Shown here: in pieces, positions 18,386 to 28,289 of the stretch
Layout: every line of letters starts with the position of its first letter
Numbering within the stretch: position 1 is the stretch's first letter
NCBI GenBank assembly: GCA_002353555.1
Contig: DEJO01000018.1
Coordinates: 1,572 to 65,571, forward strand
DNA: 64,000 nucleotides
From: Prevotella sp. UBA2746
Lineage (GTDB): Bacteria; Bacteroidota; Bacteroidia; Bacteroidales; Bacteroidaceae
Direction of reading: 5' to 3'
Position numbers and translations under genes: made by a program
Notes under the pieces: generated by a model
Seen by the model: only the letters and a program-made list of their open reading frames with translations
Databases searched by the model: none
What the model was told of the DNA's origin: nothing

Positions 18386-19873
18386 TTATATCCTCCTATG
18401 CTCCTCATGTCCCTCTACATAGATAGCAGAGAAAGGACGGGCAGGACACAAGTGTTCGCACGCTCCGCAACCGATGCAACGAGCCTCATTGATGGCTGGA
18501 ACATAGGCAGACGACTCATCGTCAGGGTCGGAAGGCACCATCTCGATAGCTCCCGTAGGACAGTGACGCGCACAATTGCCGCAGTTGACACCATCAGTCA
18601 GCGGCAGACAGTTCTTCTTGATCCACACGGCATGGCCTATCTGCACCGATGACTTCACGTCACGGCCTATCGGAAGAATGGCACCGGTGGGACAGACCTG
18701 AGAACAGCGCGTACACTCCGGACGGCAATGACCGCGCTCAAACGACATCGTGGGCTGCATAAAACTCTGCAGGTCCGTCGAAGGACGCAGCACGTGATTG
18801 GGACACTCCGACACACAGAGCTGACAACTCGTACAGTGACGCGTCATGTTTCGGAGACTTTGTGCACCCGGCGGTGCCAACGGAGTCTGACGTTTCGGCA
18901 CAGCCTTCTCGGTGATGGCAGCCAGTCCGCCGTCAACCTTCTTCTTCTCTTGTGCCATTGCTGCCGTCGTCATTGCCGCAGCAGCCAATAAGAAGGAACG
19001 ACGCGAAGAATCATATCGTCCATTCCGCCCAGAACTTCCGCCCCCTTCTGCCATGTAAGGCAAGCTATAGCTCAGCGCTCCAAACTTGCAGGAGCTCAAG
19101 CAGTTGCCACAAGCAACACAACGGCTATAGTCCACGCTATGCGTCTTGAAATCGATACAGGAAGCCTTGCAGTTCTTGGAACACAGAGAACAGTCGCGGC
19201 ACTTGTCGACATGGAAGCGAACCTTGAACAGGGAGAAGCGAGAAAGGAACCCCAGCACGGTGCCCACCGGACAGACTGTATTACAATAGGTGCGCCCGTT
19301 GCGCCATGCCAATATACTGATGACGATGCAGGTCGCTGCCGTCACCAGCAACGCCGTTAACGACTTCATCCAGACACTGACGGAATAGAAAGCATAGCTG
19401 TCCATCTGCTCGGCAAAGTAAGCCAACAGGTTGTTGCCTGACTGCCATAACGGTTGCAGCAGCAACGTCGCCATGCGACCATAAGTGCTATATGGTGCCA
19501 ACAAAGAGACAATAGCACCGAGGCCGGCCCCACACGCCACGACCATCACCGCCAACATGACGTAGCGAAGCCACGTCAGCGGCTTGGAATAGCTGTAGCG
19601 GTTTTTCTTGCGCAACTTACCCAACCGGGCGACGACATCCTGAAAGACACCCAACGGACAGATGACGGAGCAGTAGATTCTGCCAAACAACAGCGTCATC
19701 ACAATCAGAATGGCGACAACAATGACGTTCATGGCCAGCAATGCAGGAAGGAACTGTACCTTCGCCATCCATTGCAAGGAGTGATGAAGGGTGCCGGTAA
19801 AGTCGAGGAACAGCAGTGTGATACACAGGAAGAAGGCTGCTCCCAGCCATGTTCTAATCTTTCTTAATACCAT
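18386..19873 (-). CDS. Membrane polyferredoxin (NapH-like TM region plus NapG/MauM-like Fe-S domain)
   Basis: GRIYCSVICPLG, GRTYCNTVCPVG, several CxxCxxCxxxCP motifs; internal SSRRSFL. Confidence 0.9.
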   Translation of the reverse strand: MVLRKIRTWLGAAFFLCITLLFLDFTGTLHHSLQWMAKVQFLPALLAMNVIVVAILIVMTLLFGRIYCSVICPLGVFQDVVARLGKLRKKNRYSYSKPLTWLRYVMLAVMVVACGAGLGAIVSLLAPYSTYGRMATLLLQPLWQSGNNLLAYFAEQMDSYAFYSVSVWMKSLTALLVTAATCIVISILAWRNGRTYCNTVCPVGTVLGFLSRFSLFKVRFHVDKCRDCSLCSKNCKASCIDFKTHSVDYSRCVACGNCLSSCKFGALSYSLPYMAEGGGSSGRNGRYDSSRRSFLLAAAAMTTAAMAQEKKKVDGGLAAITEKAVPKRQTPLAPPGAQSLRNMTRHCTSCQLCVSECPNHVLRPSTDLQSFMQPTMSFERGHCRPECTRCSQVCPTGAILPIGRDVKSSVQIGHAVWIKKNCLPLTDGVNCGNCARHCPTGAIEMVPSDPDDESSAYVPAINEARCIGCGACEHLCPARPFSAIYVEGHEEHRRI

Positions 19874-20630
19874 GTTTTTGTACGATTTTGCAAAGGAGAA
19901 TACTCAGTTCATACAACAGCCAGACGGGAAGCGCTACGACGAGGAGTGTGAAGACATCAGTAGTCGGCGTGATGAGAGCTGCCACGATGAGGATGACGAC
20001 GACGGCATGGCGGCGGTAGCGCCCCATCAGACGGTCGGTCAGGAGTCCCAAGTGCGCCAGCAACGCTGTGACGACAGGCAGTTCGAAGACCACTCCCATG
20101 ACAAGTGTCAGCGTCAGCAACGTGTCCATATACGACTGCAAGGTCAGCAGGTTGCCCACCTCGGCACTGACCTGATAGGTACCGAGAAAACGGACGGTCA
20201 GCGGAAAGACGAGGAAGTAGTTCAGCAGCATCCCCACAATGAACATCAGGTAAGCACAGCCTGTGACCCATACCGCTGCCTGGCGTTCATTCCGATAGAG
20301 TCCGGGAGATACAAAGCGGAAGAGTTCAAACAGCACGTAGGGTGATGCCAAGAGCAGTCCGGCATAACATGCCGCCTTCATGTGCATCATGAACTGCTCG
20401 GTCAGCCCGGTATTGACCAACCTGATGGCAAAGGTGTCGACACCCAGAAGCCGATAGGTCACGAAGTCACTCGTGTGGGGAGCAAGGATGACGGCAAAGA
20501 GCCATTTCTTCATGCAGAAGGCGGCAACAGCAAACACCATGGTGGCGGCTATCACCCTGAGCAGGACACTACGCAGTTCGTCCAGATGTCCCCAGAAGTC
20601 GAGCTGGGGCTCAACCTTCCTGCTTGTCAT
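19854..20630 (-). CDS. tatC: Twin-arginine translocase subunit TatC
   Basis: [27 protein letters not shown]. Confidence 0.95.
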   Translation of the reverse strand: MTSRKVEPQLDFWGHLDELRSVLLRVIAATMVFAVAAFCMKKWLFAVILAPHTSDFVTYRLLGVDTFAIRLVNTGLTEQFMMHMKAACYAGLLLASPYVLFELFRFVSPGLYRNERQAAVWVTGCAYLMFIVGMLLNYFLVFPLTVRFLGTYQVSAEVGNLLTLQSYMDTLLTLTLVMGVVFELPVVTALLAHLGLLTDRLMGRYRRHAVVVILIVAALITPTTDVFTLLVVALPVWLLYELSILLCKIVQKHGIKKD

Positions 20631-20802
20631 CAGCCTTCGTCTCTTGTTCTTCGGCGTCGCTCACCGTCTCGTTCATCCCGTCCTTGAAACTCTTGACGCC
20701 CTTGCCGAGGCCACGCATCAGTTCGGGAATCTTCTTACCACCAAACAAGAGCAAGACCACCAGTACGATGACAATGAGTTCCGGCATTCCGATTCCAAAC
20801 AT
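20611..20802 (-). CDS. tatA: Twin-arginine translocase subunit TatA/E
   Basis: [36 protein letters not shown]. Confidence 0.95.
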   Translation of the reverse strand: MFGIGMPELIVIVLVVLLLFGGKKIPELMRGLGKGVKSFKDGMNETVSDAEEQETKADDKQEG

Positions 20803-20834
20803 AGTCTATTCCTTTATTTATTGTTCAACATGTC

Positions 20835-21386
20835 TTATTCTTCAGCGACACAGCACCAACGGCTCACCTTCAGAGCCACACCCATGCCTGGTACTTCCTT
20901 CAGCAGGTAGTACTTCTTGCTGATGCGTACCAGTCGGCCGGTGAGACCTTTCAGCGGTCCGAACTTCACCAGCACCTTGGCTCCGACTTTCATCTTCGCC
21001 TCTTCTTCGCTCAGGTACTGCTTGAGTTCTATCTCCGGATTACACATGATGCGGAACTCCTCCATCTGCCGGGCTGGAATCTCATAGAGCTCCCTGCCCT
21101 CACGTGTCTTCCTGATAGCTGCCATCTTGTAGGGTGATGCCATCATGAACTGGACCATCTCTGTGTCTTCAAGAGTCTTCTTGACGAAGATGAGGTTGTG
21201 GACGACAGGACGCAACTCATGATGCAGTCTGCCGTCACGACCTTCATAGTCTACCCACTGCTTGGGGATAAAGGTCTCCAATCCCTTATCGTTGAAGTAG
21301 GCATCCACCTCCTTCTGCTTCAGGGAGAACAACCTGACGGCATACCACGGCAACTTCTTGCTGTTTTCTACAAATGAGTTTTCCAT
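20835..21386 (-). CDS. UpxY/NusG-family transcription antiterminator
   Basis: WYAVR, ETFIP, NLIFV, KOW-like VLVKFGPLKGLTG. Confidence 0.88.
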   Translation of the reverse strand: MENSFVENSKKLPWYAVRLFSLKQKEVDAYFNDKGLETFIPKQWVDYEGRDGRLHHELRPVVHNLIFVKKTLEDTEMVQFMMASPYKMAAIRKTREGRELYEIPARQMEEFRIMCNPEIELKQYLSEEEAKMKVGAKVLVKFGPLKGLTGRLVRISKKYYLLKEVPGMGVALKVSRWCCVAEE

Positions 21387-21513
21387 ATCCGACTGCAAAG
21401 ATACAAAAGAGTTAGGAGTTTGGAGTGAGAAGAGAAGATTTTTTTTTGAGTAAGGACTTCTCTCCCTCCCTTCCTCTCTTCCTCCCTTTCTCTCTTCTTC
21501 CCTTCCTCCCTTC

Positions 21514-22083
21514 TCACCCCTCAGCCAACCAGTTGGCTATCATCTGCCTGCCATCGGGAGTGAGTACACTCTCAGGATGGAACTGTATGCCGTGGATGTC
21601 GTAGTCACGATGGCGCATCGCCATGATCTGTCCTTCGTCGCTCACGGCTGTTATCTCCAGACAAGCCGGGAAGTCTTCCTTGGAGACTACCCACGAATGG
21701 TAGCGCCCCATGGTGATGCGCTGTGGAAGACCTTGGAAAATGATGTCGTTACCCAGCTGTGTGCCTTCTGTTGCCACACCGTGATAGACATCGGAGAGGT
21801 TGGTGAGCTTACCACCGAACACCTCACCGATAGCTTGATGGCCAAGGCATACACCCAGGATGGGCTTCTTCCCTGCATAGGTGCGGATGACATCGAGCAA
21901 GAGACCTGCCTCTGAAGGAATGCCGGGACCAGGGCTCAGCACGATCTTGTCGAAGGATTCCAACTGCGGAAGTTGGAACTGGTCGTTGCGAAAGACGGTA
22001 ACGTCGGCGCCGAGTTCTTTCAGCAAGTGTGAAAGGTTATACGTAAAACTGTCGTAGTTGTCTATGATTACGATTTTCTTCAT
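21514..22083 (-). CDS. trpG: Anthranilate synthase component II
   Basis: IIDNYDSFTYNL, LSPGPG, GVCLGHQ, IQFHPES. Confidence 0.96.
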   Translation of the reverse strand: MKKIVIIDNYDSFTYNLSHLLKELGADVTVFRNDQFQLPQLESFDKIVLSPGPGIPSEAGLLLDVIRTYAGKKPILGVCLGHQAIGEVFGGKLTNLSDVYHGVATEGTQLGNDIIFQGLPQRITMGRYHSWVVSKEDFPACLEITAVSDEGQIMAMRHRDYDIHGIQFHPESVLTPDGRQMIANWLAEG

Positions 22084-22111
22084 CGTCGTTTTGCTTTTGA
22101 TGGTTGAATGT

Positions 22112-23569
22112 TTACATCTGCTCCGCCAACATGATGGCACGTCGCAAGGCACCCAACTTGTTGTTGACCTCCTGTAACTCGTACTCTTCATCGCTCTTGG
22201 CAACGATACCGCCGCCAGCCTGGAACCACAGTTCTCCGTTGCGGCTGACAAAAGTACGGATGGTGATGGCTTGGTTCAGACTGCCATGAAGTCCGATAAA
22301 GCCGATACAACCGCCGTATGCACCACGGCTGTGCGGCTCGTATTCAGAGATGAGTTGCATGGCGCGCACTTTCGGAGCACCGCTCAGCGTTCCTGCGGGG
22401 AAGGTGTCGAAGAATGCTTTCACGGGGTCTGCCCCTTCGTTGAGGATACCGCTGACACGGCTCACCAGGTGGATGACATGCGAATAGTATTGCAGGTCTT
22501 TATAGAAGTCAACCTTCACGTCGTGGCAGTTGCGGCTCAGGTCGTTGCGTGCCAGGTCTACCAACATCACGTGCTCGGCATTCTCCTTCGGGTCGTTGCG
22601 CAGGTATTCGGCACCCTTGCGGTCGGCTTCGGCATCACCCGTGCGGCGTGTCGTGCCGGCAATAGGGTCTATGTATGCCTTGCGGTCTTCTATGCGGCAA
22701 TGGGTCTCCGGCGAAGAACCGAAGATACGGAAGCCCCCGAAGTCGAAGTAGAACAGGTAGGGCGACGGGTTGATGGAGCGCAGTGCGCGATAGAGTTTGA
22801 AGTCGTCGCCTTCAAACTGCTGCACGAAACGACGGGAGAGCACTATCTGGAACACATCGCCACGCAAGCAATGCTGTATGCCACGCCGGATGTTCGCCTT
22901 GTGCTCCTCGTCGGTCAGCGGCGACGTTGTCTCACCCACGGGATGGAAGCCGTAAGGTTTCACATTGTCTTTGTTCATCAACCGCTGCAACTCCACCAAG
23001 TCGCGCTCCGAACCTAATGTCACCAGCGTCATGGTGTTGTTGAAATGGTCGAAGACGATGATGTCACGGTAGAGTACATAGCACATGTCCGGCGCATCAT
23101 TCCTCTCCATGGTCTCGTCTTTCACGGCGATGTTCTCGAAATAGCGCACTGCATTGAATGCCGTATAGCCGTATAGTCCGCAGTAGCCACTCCCCTCGCC
23201 CGTCACTTCGAAGCAACTGAGGAACTCGTTGACAGCAGCTGCTATCGTCTCGGCGGTCAAGCCGGAAGGAGAACTTAATGGGCTGGATGGGCTAGCTTGT
23301 CTAGATGGGCTAGCCTGGCTAGAAGAGTTTGAAGAGCTAAGCCCTCTCCCATCCGGGAACTTCATCTCTATCTCGCCGTGGTTGACCGCGATGCTTGCCA
23401 AGGGATGAATACCAATGAACGAGCGGCTGTTGTTCTTGTCGTGATAGTCGGAACTCTCCATGAGGACGCTCTGCGGATAGATGTCACGCAAGCGCATATA
23501 GACACCTACTGGAGTATAGAGATCCGCCAGGAGGGTCACAGTATGTGTCTGATACTTAAAAGTTTCCAT
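22112..23569 (-). CDS. trpE: Anthranilate synthase component I
   Basis: GDVFQIVLS, INPSPY, AEHVMLVDLARND, FPAGTLSGAPK. Confidence 0.96.
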   Translation of the reverse strand: METFKYQTHTVTLLADLYTPVGVYMRLRDIYPQSVLMESSDYHDKNNSRSFIGIHPLASIAVNHGEIEMKFPDGRGLSSSNSSSQASPSRQASPSSPLSSPSGLTAETIAAAVNEFLSCFEVTGEGSGYCGLYGYTAFNAVRYFENIAVKDETMERNDAPDMCYVLYRDIIVFDHFNNTMTLVTLGSERDLVELQRLMNKDNVKPYGFHPVGETTSPLTDEEHKANIRRGIQHCLRGDVFQIVLSRRFVQQFEGDDFKLYRALRSINPSPYLFYFDFGGFRIFGSSPETHCRIEDRKAYIDPIAGTTRRTGDAEADRKGAEYLRNDPKENAEHVMLVDLARNDLSRNCHDVKVDFYKDLQYYSHVIHLVSRVSGILNEGADPVKAFFDTFPAGTLSGAPKVRAMQLISEYEPHSRGAYGGCIGFIGLHGSLNQAITIRTFVSRNGELWFQAGGGIVAKSDEEYELQEVNNKLGALRRAIMLAEQM

Positions 23570-24764
23570 ATTCCTTCGCCAGTGCTTTATTGTTCAAATA
23601 TGTCTGTACATCTTTGTCGCCACGACCGCTGACCGTCAGCACGACAACATCCGTGGGACGGAACGCCAGTTTCTTCAGCGCAGCGACGGCATGGGCACTC
23701 TCTATGGCAGGGATGATGCCTTCCATGCGCGTCAGTTCGTAGCCGGCATAGATGGCTTCATCGTCGTTGACGGCGAGAATCTGTGTGCGACCGCTCTGTG
23801 CAAGGCTGGCATGCATGGGTCCGATACCGGGATAGTCGAGACCGGCTGAGATAGTGAACGCCTCTTTGATTTGTCCGTCTTCGGTCTGCATGACGAGCGT
23901 CTTGGCACCGTGGATGATACCCATCGTCCCGCAATGCATTGTGGCTGCAGTGTAATCGGTATCTATTCCGTGGCCGCCAGCCTCTGCCAGCACCATCTTC
24001 ACACGCTCGTCGTCAATATAATGGTAGATGGTACCGGCAGCATTGGAGCCGCCGCCCACACAGGCGATGAGGTAGTCGGGATAGTCGCGGCCAACCTTCT
24101 CCTGCAATTGCCACTTGATTTCTTCGGAGATGATGCTTTGCATACGGGCAACGATGTCGGGATAAGGATGCGGTCCCATCGTACTGCCTACGATATAGAA
24201 GGTGTCCTGCGGATGGCAACACCAGTCGCGGATGGCTTCCGAGCAGGCATCAGAGAGGGTCATGTTACCGGTGGTGACGGGATGGACCTCGGCACCCAGC
24301 ATCTTCATGCGCTCCACGTTGGTGTGCTGGCGCTCCACATCGGTCTTGCCCATGAAAATCTCGCAACGCATGTTCATCAGTGCACACACCGTAGCGGTGG
24401 CAACACCGTGCTGTCCGGCTCCCGTCTCCGCGATGATGCGCGTCTTTCCCATCTTCTTTGCCATGAGTATCTGTCCGATGGTGTTGTTGATCTTGTGGGC
24501 TCCCGTGTGGTTCAGGTCTTCGCGCTTCAGGTAGAGCTGGCAACCATAGCGTTCGCTCATGCGACGGGCATAGTACAGTGGCGACGGCCTGCCCACATAG
24601 TCCTTCAACAGGGCATGGTATTCCTGCTTAAACTCCTCGCTCTCGATGATGGGCAGGTAAGCATCCTGCAGGTCGTGTACGCATTTATATAGGATTTCCG
24701 GCACGTAGGCACCGCCATACTCGCCGTAGAAACCGTTCTTGTCTACGAAATAGTTTTTGCTCAT
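23556..24764 (-). CDS. trpB: Tryptophan synthase beta chain
   Basis: KREDLNHTGAHKINN, ETGAGQHG, GLDYPGIGP, SGRGDKD. Confidence 0.97.
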   Translation of the reverse strand: MSKNYFVDKNGFYGEYGGAYVPEILYKCVHDLQDAYLPIIESEEFKQEYHALLKDYVGRPSPLYYARRMSERYGCQLYLKREDLNHTGAHKINNTIGQILMAKKMGKTRIIAETGAGQHGVATATVCALMNMRCEIFMGKTDVERQHTNVERMKMLGAEVHPVTTGNMTLSDACSEAIRDWCCHPQDTFYIVGSTMGPHPYPDIVARMQSIISEEIKWQLQEKVGRDYPDYLIACVGGGSNAAGTIYHYIDDERVKMVLAEAGGHGIDTDYTAATMHCGTMGIIHGAKTLVMQTEDGQIKEAFTISAGLDYPGIGPMHASLAQSGRTQILAVNDDEAIYAGYELTRMEGIIPAIESAHAVAALKKLAFRPTDVVVLTVSGRGDKDVQTYLNNKALAKEYGNF

Positions 24765-24768
24765 AATA

Positions 24769-25551
24769 TTATTGTTCTAATGCTTGGTAGAGTTGGTTGA
24801 TGGCTGTTTCGGCGTTGCCGGTCTCTCGCAGCAGGGTGACAAACTTCGAACCGATGATGGCTCCGGCGGCATTTGCCTGCGCACTCTCAAGGGTTTGCTT
24901 GTTGGAGATGCCGAAACCTATCATGCGCGGATTCTTGAGGTGCATGCCGTTGATGTGGCGGAAGTACTCCAGTTTGGCTTCGCCGAAGCTGCTCTGTGCG
25001 CCCGTGATGCTGGCACTGGAGACCATGTAGATGAAGCCGTCGGTGTTCTCGTCGATGAACCGGATGCGTTCTTCCGAGGTTTCGGGTGTTATCATCATGA
25101 TGACGCGCAGGTCGAAGCGGTCTGCCAACGGCTTCACGATGTCGAGGTAGTCCTGGAAAGGCAGGTCGGGGATGATGACACCCGATATGCCTGCCTCCAC
25201 ACACTGGCGGAAGAAGTTCTCGTAACCATGGTGCATGACGATGTTCAGGTACCCCATCCATACCAAGGGAATCGTCACCTCGTCCTTGATCTCACGCAAC
25301 TGACGGAAAAGGATGTCGGTAGTCATACCGTTCTTCAGCGCCACCGTGCCGGCACTCTGGATGACGGGACCGTCGGCAAGGGGGTCGCTGAAGGGCATGC
25401 CGACCTCGATCATGTCGATGCCTCGCCGCTGCAACGTCTTGATGACCTCGCCGGTACCTTCGAGCGTGGGACAACCGGCGCAGAAGTACAGCGACAACAG
25501 CTTACGACCTGTTGCCTGCTGCTCTGCAAATAACTGATTGATCTTGTTCAT
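24769..25551 (-). CDS. trpA: Tryptophan synthase alpha chain
   Basis: EVGMPFSDPLADGPVIQ, IIPDLP, IGFGIS. Confidence 0.96.
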   Translation of the reverse strand: MNKINQLFAEQQATGRKLLSLYFCAGCPTLEGTGEVIKTLQRRGIDMIEVGMPFSDPLADGPVIQSAGTVALKNGMTTDILFRQLREIKDEVTIPLVWMGYLNIVMHHGYENFFRQCVEAGISGVIIPDLPFQDYLDIVKPLADRFDLRVIMMITPETSEERIRFIDENTDGFIYMVSSASITGAQSSFGEAKLEYFRHINGMHLKNPRMIGFGISNKQTLESAQANAAGAIIGSKFVTLLRETGNAETAINQLYQALEQ

Positions 25552-25602
25552 TTCTTGGTGTTATCTAATTAGTTTTCGTATTCTTTCTCGCAGAAAAGAA
25601 GC

Positions 25603-26271
25603 CTATCCCTCTCTCACGGCAGTGACAAACTGCCTGAGCAGTTCCACGTCCTTCATGGCTGGCGCTGTCTCGAAACGGGAGTTGAGGTCAATGCCGAGCA
25701 ACTTGGGATGGGACAACGACTTCACCCGCTCAACGTCATCAGGTCCGATGCCACCGCTGAGCAGGAAGGGTACGTCACCGTCGTAGCCGTCGAGCACGCT
25801 CCAGTCGAACTGTTTTCCGCTGCCACCCACCAACGGGGTCTTCGTGTCGAAAAGGAAGTAGTCCACATGTCCGACGTAGTCGTGATAACGTTGGAGGTCT
25901 TCTGCCGAAGAGATGCTCAACGCCTTCATGATCTCGATGCCGGGATGGATGTCGGGATCGAGCGTACGCCGCAGGTTGTCAATCATGACGGGGCTCTCGT
26001 TGCCATGCAACTGCACGATGTCCAGTTGGTAGTTGACCACTCTGGTGACAATGTTCTGCGGCATGTCGTCGACGAAGACTCCTACCCGCTTGGGCAACGT
26101 GTCTAAGTCTGTCAGCGACGAGTAGTCGGGGATGATACCGGCACGGCTACTGATCTGCTGCACATAGCGCGGACTGTCGGGCCAGAAGATAAACCCCATC
26201 CAGTCGACACCTGATTCTTTTACGGCGCGAATATTATCGGCATCGCGCATGCCGCAAACTTTTATGATCAT
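25603..26271 (-). CDS. trpF: Phosphoribosylanthranilate isomerase
   Basis: IKVCGM, VQLHGNE, GGSGKQFDW, LSGGI, DLNSRFE. Confidence 0.95.
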   Translation of the reverse strand: MIIKVCGMRDADNIRAVKESGVDWMGFIFWPDSPRYVQQISSRAGIIPDYSSLTDLDTLPKRVGVFVDDMPQNIVTRVVNYQLDIVQLHGNESPVMIDNLRRTLDPDIHPGIEIMKALSISSAEDLQRYHDYVGHVDYFLFDTKTPLVGGSGKQFDWSVLDGYDGDVPFLLSGGIGPDDVERVKSLSHPKLLGIDLNSRFETAPAMKDVELLRQFVTAVREG

Positions 26272-26299
26272 AGCTTTTTATTATTATTGGTCAGACTCG

Positions 26300-27097
26300 T
26301 CAGACTTGTCCGACTTGTCTGATAAACTCTCCCAAAGCCTCGCCGGGACGGTCGGCCTTCATGAAGTTTTCGCCGATGAGGAAGCCTTTATAGCCAGCCT
26401 GCCTCAACGTCCTGACGACCTCCGGACGGCTGATACCGCTCTCGCTCACCTTCACGGCATCGCGCGGCAGCAGCTCTGCCATGCGGAAGGAGTTTTCTAC
26501 GTCGGTGATGAAGGTGCCGAGGTTGCGGTTGTTGATGCCGCAAAGGTCGGGGTCAAGTGCGGCATAGTCGAGTTCATCCTCAGCATGCATCTCCAACAAC
26601 ACCTCCAACCCTAACTCGTGGGCGGTATGCAACAGGGTGCCGCAGTCCCGCAAAGAGAGGTCGGCAGCAATCAGCAACACTGCCGATGCACCGCAGAGGC
26701 GCGCCTGGAAGAGTTGATACTCGTCGATGACGAAGTTCTTATACAGGATAGGTATCGTCACCCCGGACTCGCGTGCCACACGGATGAACTTGTCGCTGCC
26801 ACCGAAGTAGTGCTCGTCGGTGAGGATGCTGAGGGCGGCGGCACCGTTCTGCTGGTACGAGAGGGGTATCACACCGGGCTGCCCGTCTTCCTTGATCCAC
26901 CCCTTGGAGGGCGACTTGCGCTTGAACTCGGCAATGATTCCAGTCTCCGACCGCACCAGCGCCTGGCGCAAAGAGGCTGTCTGCCCTGCCTCCATCAGCC
27001 TTTCCACGGCAGCATAGAGTTGTTGCGGTGGCATCTGCTGCTTGAAGCGCTCCACTTCCATTCGCTTATGGGCTACTATCTCGTCTAATATATCCAT
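26300..27097 (-). CDS. trpC: Indole-3-glycerol phosphate synthase
   Basis: IIAEFKRKSPSKG, LSILTD, GINNRNL, VSESGI. Confidence 0.96.
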   Translation of the reverse strand: MDILDEIVAHKRMEVERFKQQMPPQQLYAAVERLMEAGQTASLRQALVRSETGIIAEFKRKSPSKGWIKEDGQPGVIPLSYQQNGAAALSILTDEHYFGGSDKFIRVARESGVTIPILYKNFVIDEYQLFQARLCGASAVLLIAADLSLRDCGTLLHTAHELGLEVLLEMHAEDELDYAALDPDLCGINNRNLGTFITDVENSFRMAELLPRDAVKVSESGISRPEVVRTLRQAGYKGFLIGENFMKADRPGEALGEFIRQVGQV

Positions 27098-27107
27098 TTT
27101 TTACGAT

Positions 27108-28106
27108 TTACTGATTCAGCTCCACGAACTTCTTGAATGTTGCAAGGGCACGTCCGCTGTCGATACTCTCGCGGGCGATGTCAACGCATTCTTCGATGGA
27201 CTTCTGTCCTTTCTCCAACACCTGAATGCCGAAGGCGGCATTGGCGAGGACGATGTTCTTCTGAGCGGGCAATGCACGGTTCTCCAGCACACGGTCGAAG
27301 ATCTGCTTGGCCTCCTCTTCGGTGGCACCGCCCACCAGTTCTTCGGGCTTGGCGATGTCAAAGCCAAGGTCCTGTGGCTTGAAGACTCGCTCATAGCTGT
27401 TGGTGGTCACCTTGAAGTCGCCTGTCAGCGAAATCTCGTCGTAGCCGTCGATGCTGTTCACGATGCCATAGTCGATGCCAATCTTCTGGTAGACATGGTG
27501 GTAGAGGCGCATCTGGTCGAGATTGGCGACGCCAAGGAGCTGACACTTCGGCTGACTGGGGTTCACCAGCGGACCTAACAGGTTGAAGATGGTAGGGAAC
27601 TGCAATGCCTTTCTGATGGGCCCGACGAACTTCATCGCCTTGGCAAAGAGCTGCGCATGCAGGTAGACGATGCCTGCCTCGTTGAGACTGCGGTTCAGTT
27701 TGTCGATGTCGTCGGTGAACATCACGCCGTGGTTGGCAATGACATTCGACGCACCGCTGGTCGACGTCGCCGCATAGTTGCCGTGTTTGGCTACCTTGTA
27801 GCCGGCTCCGGCAATGACGAAGCATGCCGTCGTCGAGATATTGAACGTGTTCTTGCGGTCGCCGCCCGTTCCTACTACGTCGATATATCGGTCGCAGTCG
27901 AGGATGGCGGGCACTCCCGTCTCAAGGATGCCGTCTCGGAATCCCAACAGTTCGTCTACTGTCACGCCCCGCATCTGCAGACCGGTGAGCAGAGCGGTGA
28001 TCTGTTCCTGCGGAAACTCGCTCTTCGTGATTCCTACCAAGATTTCTTTCATCTCCTCACGAGTCAGTTCCTCGTGATTCAACAACCGGTTTAAAATGTC
28101 CTTCAT
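27108..28106 (-). CDS. trpD: Anthranilate phosphoribosyltransferase
   Basis: DVVGTGGD, FNIST, VAKHGN, FNLLGPLVNP; alternative ATG at 28112. Confidence 0.96.
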   Translation of the reverse strand: MKDILNRLLNHEELTREEMKEILVGITKSEFPQEQITALLTGLQMRGVTVDELLGFRDGILETGVPAILDCDRYIDVVGTGGDRKNTFNISTTACFVIAGAGYKVAKHGNYAATSTSGASNVIANHGVMFTDDIDKLNRSLNEAGIVYLHAQLFAKAMKFVGPIRKALQFPTIFNLLGPLVNPSQPKCQLLGVANLDQMRLYHHVYQKIGIDYGIVNSIDGYDEISLTGDFKVTTNSYERVFKPQDLGFDIAKPEELVGGATEEEAKQIFDRVLENRALPAQKNIVLANAAFGIQVLEKGQKSIEECVDIARESIDSGRALATFKKFVELNQ

Positions 28107-28163
28107 TGTCATAGTTTGCTCTATTTTGTTGGTTGATATCTTTTTTGCAGATGTTACAAACTT

Positions 28164-28198
28164 AAAAGAGACCTGTCGTAAGAACGGCAGGCCTCTTT
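28164..28198 (-). terminator. trp attenuator terminator hairpin
   Basis: Minus strand: aaagaggcctgccgt-tctt-acgacaggtctctttt, lying between the leader peptide and trpD. Confidence 0.8.
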
Positions 28199-28241
28199 GT
28201 GTATCTGAAGTATCCACATGGCTACGTTACTCACGACTTGA

Positions 28242-28289
28242 TTATCTTGAGAGACGCCACCACCAATTTGTAGATACGATAACTTTCAT
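28242..28289 (-). CDS. trpL: trp operon leader peptide MKVIVSTNWWWRLSR
   Basis: Three consecutive TGG codons; TAATTTTG promoter box just upstream (~28318-28325); terminator downstream. Confidence 0.88.
   Translation of the reverse strand: MKVIVSTNWWWRLSR

Noticed and set aside
21400-21513. Invertible promoter upstream of the UpxY-like gene
   Set aside because: Only low-complexity purine/pyrimidine tracts; no clear inverted repeat pair around the promoter and no recombinase nearby.
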